Source: an uncultured delta proteobacterium (lineage in GTDB: Bacteria; Myxococcota_A; Polyangia; Haliangiales; Haliangiaceae). Taken from it: a stretch of DNA of 64,000 nucleotides. Position numbers and translations under genes: made by a program. Each line of letters starts with the position of its first letter. Position 1 is the first letter of the stretch. The stretch lies in the NCBI GenBank assembly GCA_963848295.1, contig CAWKDB010000010.1, forward strand, positions 1,408,001-1,472,000. Direction: 5' to 3'. The notes beneath the pieces are model-generated. The model made no database searches and was not told where the DNA came from. It was given only the letters and a program-made list of their open reading frames with translations. Below are positions 19,401 through 25,262 of the stretch, piece after piece.

Positions 19401-21397
19401 GCAATACCCCGACGAACATCGCGCTCGCGCCAAACATGACCGACTCGTTCGACGTGGTGTTCAACCCGACCGCGGTCGGCGACTACACCGCGACCGCGAC
19501 GCTGTTCCTCGACCAAGATCCAACCGGGCAGGCGCAGGTCACGATCGAAGGTCACGCGGTCTACGTCGAGGCGAACGGTGGCGGCGGCTGCAACGCCGGT
19601 AATCGCGGCGGCGGCGGTGGCGCGCTCGTCATCGTGGGCGCTGCGCTGCTCGCCAGGCGCAGGCGGCGGCGCGCGGCGGGCGTCGTGATCGCCGCCGCGG
19701 CAGCGTGCGTCGTCGGCGAGGTCGCGCATGCCGAGCCGAGCCGCAACCTCGACCTGACGATGTTCGATCCGACCCCGGCGACGACCGGCACCGGGTTCCA
19801 GCTCCAGGCCGCGACCACGGGCAGCAACGGCGACCTCGTCGCGAACGCGCTCGTGTCGTATTCGAGCGAGCCGCTCGTGCTGGCGACGGTGCAGAACAAC
19901 GACACCGCGATCAAGAACCGCACGATGCTCGAGCTCGGCGGTGCCTACGCGTTCCTCGGTCGCTTCGAAGCTGGCCTGCGCATGCCGATCTACTTGCAGA
20001 GCGGCGACGACATCGATTCGTCGATGATGTTCGGTGTTCCGGCGGCGAGCGGCGCGGCGCGCGGCGATCTGACGCTACACGGTAAGGCTCAGCTGTGGCA
20101 CGGCCCGCTCGGCGGCGACTTCGCGGTCGCGATCGGCGCTGCGCTCACGCTGCCGACCGCCTCGTCCGACGAGTTCGCCGGCGTCACGAACCCGACCGGA
20201 CGCGTGCTCGCGCTCGCGCAGCTCACGCCCGACGTGCTCGCTCATCGGCTGTCGTTCGCGGTGAACGCCGGCGCGGTGCTGCGCGCTCGCAGCGAGTTCG
20301 CGAACATCGATCAAGGCAGCGGGCTCGACTGGGGCGTCGGCGCGTCGTACCGCGTCCTCGACCCGCTAACCGCGTCGGCCGAGATGTTCGGCGAGCTCGT
20401 GCCGTCCGGAGAGCTCGCCGCCGACGGCAGCAAGCGCGCTCTCGACACGATCGAATACCTCGTCGGCGTTCACTACCAGCTCGAGCGCCGGTTCAACCTC
20501 GGCGCGGCAGTCGGTCGCGGGCTCGACTCGGGGCTCGGCGCACCCGCGTTCTTCGGCGCGGTCACGCTCGCGTTCGTGCCGATGGCTCGGACCCAGCTGC
20601 CGATCGGTACGGTCGTGCACGAGCCGCATGACAGCGACGGCGACGGCATCGACGACAGCGTCGACAAGTGCCCGAACGAGCCGGAAGACAAGGACGGCTT
20701 CCAGGATCAAGACGGCTGCCCTGATCTCGACAACGACAACGACGGCATCCCCGACGCGCAGGACAAGTGCCCGAACGAGCCGGAGGACAAAGACGGCTTC
20801 CAGGATCAGGACGGCTGCCCCGATCCCGACAACGACAACGACGGCATCCCGGACGCGAAAGACAAGTGTCCGAACGATCCCGAGGACAAAGACGGCTTCC
20901 AAGATCAGGATGGCTGCCCCGACCCGGATAACGACAACGACGGCATCCCCGACACGAAGGATCGTTGCCCGAACGAGCCCGAGACGATCAACGGCTACCA
21001 AGATGACGACGGTTGCCCCGATAAGGGCGACCCGCTGGTCATCGTCAGCGAGGATCGCATCGAGCTGCTCGAGCCGATCGAGTTCTCCGGTACGAAGATC
21101 AAGGGCTCGAGCTTCAACCTGCTCGGTCAGGTCGGCGCTCAGCTGCGCGCGCACAAAGAGATCAAGCGGCTGCGTGTCACCGTCCACGTCCAGCCGACCT
21201 CGAATCCCACACGCGATCAGGAGATCACCGACAAGCGCGCACAAGCGGTGCGCGACTGGCTCGCCCAATGGGGCATCGACGAGAAGCGGATCGAGCCGCG
21301 CGGGTTCGGCGGCACCAAGCCCCTCGTCCCGGCAGACTCGAAGGGCGCGGCGGCGATCAACGAGCGGGTCGAGCTGATCGTGCTCGTGCGCGAGTAG
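16412..21397 (+). CDS. Large envelope protein: signal peptide, about 8-9 ASH/choice-of-anchor-D Ig-like domains, internal MYXO-CTERM-like segment, OM beta-barrel, TSP3 repeats, OmpA-like C-terminus
   Basis: Repeated FG.V.V...T.T..N.G...L....V.F.P motifs; GGGGC...TM...RRRRRR at aa ~1056-1087; barrel-type alternating strands; D.D.DGI.D..DKCP repeats; RAQAVRDWL...RGFGGTKP...NERVE. Confidence 0.88.
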   Translation: MSAKHWVGLLFIVAVGAWSRGARAANVITMNPDPVDAGSVRVGTPSTVFGSLTDSGADSVDLAIDGACTYAADFALGATTMTDLSISSTALPIQVTFTPSTDALENCNVFVYTTGTMIELGNFHVQGTGGDPMITVTPASPANFGSVRVAGGSSTVTIVVKNTSGDTGTAANLVIPVGGLTLGGVSPGDYSIMTAPTLPATIAPGGSANVVVKFDPTATGTRTAELDIASNDPTTATYKEGLTGDGTAALINVTDVSFGTLLGGATGTGSIMVQNTAMMGGTNLNVTAAAITQSSTWFSFTGAGGCAPGSTVCTFSPPTMIASGGMATVGVQCHPPANANTSQTATVTFTSDSDPGGNNVAMLSCTGSSPDITLTMPATTPVNFGTVEVRPANASAPATLQFTNTGTATLNITNVALPASPDFAVTNGPLGPQTTPVAAGATASWQVVCEPTTFGTRTGTFQVTSDAQNASTLNIGLTCVGNQAILAVSSPAFGGVNEGDTSNKTVTLTNNGNVPITNISYMFANAALGYSVTAPTFPIASLNPGTPINVTVQFAPVAGMDGGPDDLTFSGVWGTAPTAISQAAHCTGTGLKPGWDVSPATVDYGDMRWDATSPMTFTITLTGTSPTTFNEIDVASNAGTPAGEFHPPTLIKHGGTTVTLPFQLTTTSDTLVVTIPAGPATQLGPLAGTVTVRSDSAAIPTRSLQLTANAVAPELTLDPGATVPFGPVDIQGPAQHTTITITNGGDGPLNLGAVTAAGGSARITFPNGLPTAQVIPAGGMVAIAVTYAPTLVANDTTTLVAPLTGLFGAPQPMNQMIMITGRGITRAIQVGATPTFPDTFRNPGSDAPVLPLHVHNGGEATLSISTVMLSSSPVWTLADPAPVDIPGDGDHDFMIKFAPTMAGKAPDGQLTLVDNDTGTPMVVVDLKGNGLDRAVELGPLSINLGYTGVGIPVRLSDLAPDNLLNVTSLDGNDTFQIRAISLDGDDTSVFEVEDSSGNTPTNIALAPNMTDSFDVVFNPTAVGDYTATATLFLDQDPTGQAQVTIEGHAVYVEANGGGGCNAGNRGGGGGALVIVGAALLARRRRRRAAGVVIAAAAACVVGEVAHAEPSRNLDLTMFDPTPATTGTGFQLQAATTGSNGDLVANALVSYSSEPLVLATVQNNDTAIKNRTMLELGGAYAFLGRFEAGLRMPIYLQSGDDIDSSMMFGVPAASGAARGDLTLHGKAQLWHGPLGGDFAVAIGAALTLPTASSDEFAGVTNPTGRVLALAQLTPDVLAHRLSFAVNAGAVLRARSEFANIDQGSGLDWGVGASYRVLDPLTASAEMFGELVPSGELAADGSKRALDTIEYLVGVHYQLERRFNLGAAVGRGLDSGLGAPAFFGAVTLAFVPMARTQLPIGTVVHEPHDSDGDGIDDSVDKCPNEPEDKDGFQDQDGCPDLDNDNDGIPDAQDKCPNEPEDKDGFQDQDGCPDPDNDNDGIPDAKDKCPNDPEDKDGFQDQDGCPDPDNDNDGIPDTKDRCPNEPETINGYQDDDGCPDKGDPLVIVSEDRIELLEPIEFSGTKIKGSSFNLLGQVGAQLRAHKEIKRLRVTVHVQPTSNPTRDQEITDKRAQAVRDWLAQWGIDEKRIEPRGFGGTKPLVPADSKGAAAINERVELIVLVRE
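20630..21022 (+). repeat. Four 99-bp coding tandem repeats (thrombospondin type-3 Ca-binding repeats)
   Basis: 33-aa unit of the form DNDNDGIPDxxDKCPNEPEDKDGFQDQDGCPDx, four copies. Confidence 0.92.
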
Positions 21398-22072
21398 CTA
21401 TTCGGCTCGGGCGAGGGCCACGCCGACGACGCTGACCGCCCCCGCGGCGCGCAGGGCCCGCGCACAGGCCGCCAGAGTAGAGCCGGTCGTCACGACGTCG
21501 TCGATCAGCACGATCGCGCGACCGCTGACGTCTCGGCGCACCGCGAACGCACCCGCGACGTTGCGCGCGCGTTGCGATGCAGGCAGCGTGCTCTGCGCCG
21601 GCGCGGCCCGGATCCGGCGCAACGCCGCGACCGGTGGCTCGAGGTTCGCGGCGGCACACGCATGGCGAGCGAGGAGCCACGCGTGGTCGTAGCCGCGCTG
21701 GAGCCGGCGCCGCCAGTGCAACGGCACGGGCACGATCAGCGCGTTCGGCTCCGCCGCCGCGGCGACGAGCGGCGCCCACAGGGGAGCGATCGTGCGCGCG
21801 ATGTGGCTCTGGCCCGTGAACTTGAGCCGGCGGATCGCGGACGCGAGCTCACCGCCGAACCGCCACGGACACGCGATGCGATCGAGCGGCCACGCCTCGT
21901 GGGCGCACCGCCGGCAGACGACCGCACGTGCGCCGGTCGGCTCCGCGCACCGCGGACATGCCGGCCCGAGCTCGACCAGGGTCGTCGCGCACGGCTCGCA
22001 CATCGGATCGCGCGACCGGGCTCCGCACGCCGCGCATTGCGGCCGATACAACCATTCGAGCAAGCTCGCCAT
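21398..22072 (-). CDS. comF: ComF family protein (double zinc ribbon plus phosphoribosyltransferase)
   Basis: CAAC/CEPC/CPRC/CRRC, VPVPLH..R..QRGY, LIDDVVTTGST. Confidence 0.9.
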   Translation of the reverse strand: MASLLEWLYRPQCAACGARSRDPMCEPCATTLVELGPACPRCAEPTGARAVVCRRCAHEAWPLDRIACPWRFGGELASAIRRLKFTGQSHIARTIAPLWAPLVAAAAEPNALIVPVPLHWRRRLQRGYDHAWLLARHACAAANLEPPVAALRRIRAAPAQSTLPASQRARNVAGAFAVRRDVSGRAIVLIDDVVTTGSTLAACARALRAAGAVSVVGVALARAE

Positions 22073-22125
22073 GCCCAGCGTATCGGCCGGCGTCGCGCCG
22101 GGTTGCGTGATAAGGAACGAGTCGC

Positions 22126-22941
22126 GTGATCGACCGCTGTTACGTCTACGAACCCGGCTTCATCGACGACGCGGCCAACGCCGAAATCGAGGCTTGGCTC
22201 GCGACGCTGCGGCCGCTGTGGGAGATGCGCTATTCGACGAAACGCCCGCCGCCGTCCGGCAAGGCTCAGCGGCCGTTGCTCCGGCCGGTGTACTGGCTCG
22301 GCAACTGGCAGTTCGCTTGCCTCGGCTACTACGAGCCGCCGAAGCGGATCCGCGGCGTCGCGGTGCAGGCCGAGGCGTTCCCGCCGGTGCTCGCGCGGCT
22401 GGTCGCGGCGATCGAACGCCGCGTACGCGCTGGCTTTCCCCGCAACGTCGTGCCGCAGCGCTGGCACCTCAACACGTGCCTCGTGAACTTCTACGGCGAC
22501 AAGCTCGAGAACGGCAAGGAGATCGATGCCGCGCGCGTCGGCGAGCACCGCGACTTCGAGCCCGGGCCGGTCGCGTCGCTGTCGCTCGGCGAGCGCGCGC
22601 GGTTTCAGTTCGTCCGGCGCGGCGCACGCGATGCACCGCCGGTGCGCACCGAATGGCTCGAGGATCGCTCGTTGCAGATCTTCGCCGGCCCGCGCTGGAA
22701 GGACGACCTGTTGCATCGCGTCCAGCGCGTCGACGACAAGCGCGCGCTCGATCTGCCGCCGAACATCGCCGGCTTTCGCACGCGGCGCGTGAACTTCACG
22801 TTTCGCTACGTGCCCGACGACCACGTCATCCCGTTCGCGCAGCTGCCGCCGCCGGCGCGCGACGACGTTCGCGACTACGTCGCGGAGCTCGCAACGGCCT
22901 CGGCATTCTTTGCCAGCGCGCTGTCGTCAGAAAAGCGATAA
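22126..22941 (+). CDS. AlkB-family 2OG-Fe(II) dioxygenase
   Basis: NTCLVNFY, GEHRD (HxD), VASLSLG..ARFQF, LHRV, RVNFTFR. Confidence 0.85.
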   Translation: MIDRCYVYEPGFIDDAANAEIEAWLATLRPLWEMRYSTKRPPPSGKAQRPLLRPVYWLGNWQFACLGYYEPPKRIRGVAVQAEAFPPVLARLVAAIERRVRAGFPRNVVPQRWHLNTCLVNFYGDKLENGKEIDAARVGEHRDFEPGPVASLSLGERARFQFVRRGARDAPPVRTEWLEDRSLQIFAGPRWKDDLLHRVQRVDDKRALDLPPNIAGFRTRRVNFTFRYVPDDHVIPFAQLPPPARDDVRDYVAELATASAFFASALSSEKR

Positions 22942-22950
22942 CAAGAAACT

Positions 22951-23247
22951 ATGGCGGCCCCGGACCAAGGACAGACGCCCGGGCGCATTCGCGCGCAGGT
23001 CTCGATCTCGCTCGGGCTGGTCGGCGGCGTCGCGATGCTCGCGATCGGCTACTGCGGCCAAGCGGGTTCGGCCGTGGCGGCGTACGGCAAGCTCGGCGAC
23101 TGCGGATTGGGTTGCGACCACGCAATCGCTGCGCCGGCTCCGCTCACCTGGGCCGATATCGTGTTCTACATCGGCGCGATCGGCGGCGCGGCAGCCGTAC
23201 TCGGCGGGATCATCGCGCTGGTTCTATTACCGGGCGGCCGGCGCTGA
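22951..23247 (+). CDS. Small hypothetical membrane protein (2 TM)
   Basis: Two hydrophobic segments, 9 nt downstream of the AlkB-family gene. Confidence 0.5.
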   Translation: MAAPDQGQTPGRIRAQVSISLGLVGGVAMLAIGYCGQAGSAVAAYGKLGDCGLGCDHAIAAPAPLTWADIVFYIGAIGGAAAVLGGIIALVLLPGGRR

Positions 23248-23293
23248 CGATCACGCGCTAAGAGCCCGGGCAAGTGGTGGTCGTCGGGTGTCG

Positions 23294-23364
23294 CGAGATC
23301 GGTTGGAGTCGAACCAACGCCCCTCCGGTTAACAACCGGCCGCTCTCCGATGAGCTTCGATCTC
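23294..23364 (-). tRNA. Non-canonical tRNA-Asn(GTT)-like RNA (possible pseudo-tRNA or Y-RNA-type mimic)
   Basis: Cloverleaf: acceptor GAGATCG/CGATCTC, D arm GCTC-ATCGGA-GAGC, anticodon arm GCCGG-TTGTTAA-CCGGA, T arm GTTGG-TTCGACT-CCAAC. Has A at position 8 and is followed by CGA, not CCA. Confidence 0.75.
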
Positions 23365-23428
23365 AAATACCGGCGTGTTGCCACGCCGGCAGCGGTCGCA
23401 AGCCGCGCCTTCGCGCTTTCACGTATCG

Positions 23429-23716
23429 CTACGCGCGCGCGAAGTCGGCGATGACCGGCGGCGTCGACGCGTCGAAACCGACGACGTCTAGCATGCCGGC
23501 GTCGGTCGGATCAGCAACGCTGAACCGGTTCGACGTCATTCCGACCACGACCAGCTTGGCCGGAACGCCTCGTGCTTCTCGACCCAACCGTTGGTGCGGC
23601 GAGATCGGCGGAGTCTTGCCGCCGCGGTACGTCCGCAGCGCCGAAAGGATCGCGATCGGGTGAACGCGAGCCTTCGCGAGATGCTGCGGATCGGCGAGCC
23701 GATCCGCGACGTCTCG
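23429..23716 (-). pseudogene. Ro60/TROVE (Rsr-like) RNA-binding protein remnant, internally deleted
   Basis: A mid-protein block DVADRLADPQHLAKARVHPIAILSALRTY (about 23615-23716) is joined in frame to the C-terminal vWA block PAKLVVVGMTSNRFSVADPTDAGMLDVVGFDASTPPVIADF (23429-23569). Both resemble conserved Ro60 segments, and several hundred residues are missing. Confidence 0.8.
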
Positions 23717-23876
23717 TGCGAGGAAAAAGTATCGACGGATCGTTCTTGGGCGCACGTCCCGAAGTTGAAATAGCAACGATCCGATCGACGTAGGAATTGG
23801 CGGCCCTCGTAGGGAACGAAGGCCTAGTGACGCGAATCGCCGTCGGCGCACGAAGCAGCGTTCGGCGACTCGCTCG

Positions 23877-23949
23877 CCCCACCCCCCGGAGTCGAACCAG
23901 GACCTCTCGGCTTTGCAGGCCGAGCGCGTACCGACTACGCGAGAGTGGG
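23877..23949 (-). tRNA. Non-canonical tRNA-Cys(GCA)-like RNA
   Basis: Acceptor CCCACTC/GGGTGGG, D arm GCGT-AGTCGGT-ACGC, anticodon arm CTCGGC-CTGCAAA-GCCGAG, T arm CCTGG-TTCGACT-CCGGG. Discriminator G, followed by CGA. Confidence 0.75.
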
Positions 23950-24042
23950 GATCGTCTTCAATTTTCATAGACCACTCCAGCTATGTGAGATTGGCTATCT
24001 CGCGTCGGGAGAACCTAAATTGTGAGCCCGTGAAACGGGCCT

Positions 24043-24083
24043 GAAACGACGAAGGGCCGCTTGGCTTGCGCCGAGCGACCCTC
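24043..24083 (-). terminator. Terminator hairpin of a putative attenuator
   Basis: GAGGGTCGCTCGGC-GCAA-GCCAAGCGGCCCTTC followed by GTCGTTTC (imperfect U tract). Confidence 0.6.
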
Positions 24084-24106
24084 GCAGTGCAACGTGGATT
24101 ACGTCG

Positions 24107-24190
24107 TTACCGCGAGGGAACTCGACCGGAGAGCGCTTCGTTACCCGCTGCGCGGGCCGCGAGAACGTTATGGGTTGGACGCTTCGTCAT
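24107..24190 (-). CDS. Putative 27-aa leader peptide MTKRPTHNVLAARAAGNEALSGRVPSR
   Basis: ATG..TAA lying between a TTGACA element and competing antiterminator/terminator hairpins. Its last codons form the antiterminator 5' arm. Confidence 0.55.
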   Translation of the reverse strand: MTKRPTHNVLAARAAGNEALSGRVPSR

Positions 24191-24206
24191 AGCTGCGAGA
24201 CTTGAA

Positions 24207-24235
24207 CGATTAACAGGGGGCGTTCGATCTGTCAA
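24207..24235 (-). promoter_or_regulatory. Putative sigma70 promoter of the tRNA-like/Ro60 island
   Basis: Perfect TTGACA (24230-24235), 17-nt spacer, weak -10 TAATCG. Confidence 0.4.
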
Positions 24236-24281
24236 CGTCTTTCGCGCGTCCAGATCGAGAGTCGCGACTACCACGTTGGAT

Positions 24282-25262
24282 TCAGACTGATTTCGCGACC
24301 GCGATCGTCACCGGCGCGGTCAGGCCGAGCTCGATGTGGCGATGCCGACCGAGCAGCTCGCCGCCGGCCTCGACCGCGGTCTCGCGATCGAGATCGATCG
24401 CGACGCGATCGCACAGGAAGTCCGCCGTATGGTCGGAGAAGTACTCGCCGCGAAACGCCGCAGGGACATGACGGAGCACTTCGATCAAGCCGCCATCGCC
24501 GCAGCGCAGGTGAAATCTGCCGGCGCGCGCGTCGGAGAACGCGAACATCTTCAGCCCGAAGCCGAAGTACGGGATCGTCGCGCCGGCGACCAGCGTACAC
24601 GTGCCGGACCATAGCTCGCGGTCCGCGCCGATCGTCCGGCCGGTGGGTCCGCCGCGCGCCATCTCGATCGCCGGTGCACCGAGGTTAGTCACCGTCGCGG
24701 TCGGACGCGCCGCCGTCGCGAACCGTGGGATCGATCGCAACGCGACAGACAACGCGTAGCGCGCGCCCCCGCCGAGGCCGCGCACGACCGGCACGCGATC
24801 GACGACGCGGCCGAACGCGGCTTGATCTTCGAGTAGCTGCGAGTCGATGCCCAAGCCGACGAACGGAGCTCGGACGCCGAGCACGTCGACCATCGCGAGT
24901 TGTCTCCACACCGATTGCCCGCGCACGAGCCGGCCGAGGTCCGCGGCCACATCGTCACCGGCACCCACCGCGTCGGCGATCGCGTTGCCCGAGCCGAGAC
25001 GCAACATCCCGATCGCCGGCTCGGGCTTGGCGAAGCCGCGACATGCTTCGGCGACGAGCGCGAGCCCCATCACGAGCGTGCCGTCGCCGCCGCCGAGCAC
25101 GATCAGATCGACGCCTCGGCGAATCTCGGCGCGGATCCGGTCGCGCGCATCGTCGAGCGACACGGTGAACCGCACGCCTCCGGGCAGCGCGCGCTCGAGC
25201 TCGTCGGGCAGCCGACCGCGCAACCGCCGCGCATTGCGGTTGATGATCGCGACCGCTCTCAT
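24282..25262 (-). CDS. Diacylglycerol/sphingosine kinase family lipid kinase
   Basis: AIINRNA, LGGGDGT, LRLGSGNAIA, PYFGFG, EAGGE. ATGA overlap with the upstream gene. Confidence 0.85.
   Translation of the reverse strand: MRAVAIINRNARRLRGRLPDELERALPGGVRFTVSLDDARDRIRAEIRRGVDLIVLGGGDGTLVMGLALVAEACRGFAKPEPAIGMLRLGSGNAIADAVGAGDDVAADLGRLVRGQSVWRQLAMVDVLGVRAPFVGLGIDSQLLEDQAAFGRVVDRVPVVRGLGGGARYALSVALRSIPRFATAARPTATVTNLGAPAIEMARGGPTGRTIGADRELWSGTCTLVAGATIPYFGFGLKMFAFSDARAGRFHLRCGDGGLIEVLRHVPAAFRGEYFSDHTADFLCDRVAIDLDRETAVEAGGELLGRHRHIELGLTAPVTIAVAKSV

Noticed and set aside
20630..21022. 99-bp tandem repeats as a non-coding array
   Set aside because: They are in-frame TSP3 protein repeats that vary mainly at synonymous positions.
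23294..23949. tRNAs as prophage or island attachment sites
   Set aside because: No integrase, no duplicated tRNA 3' end and no phage genes in the window.
23429..23968. 179-aa ORF as a real protein
   Set aside because: It reads through a tRNA-like gene and hairpins, and only the last 95 or so codons resemble Ro60. It does have a GGAG before the ATG, so translation is not excluded.
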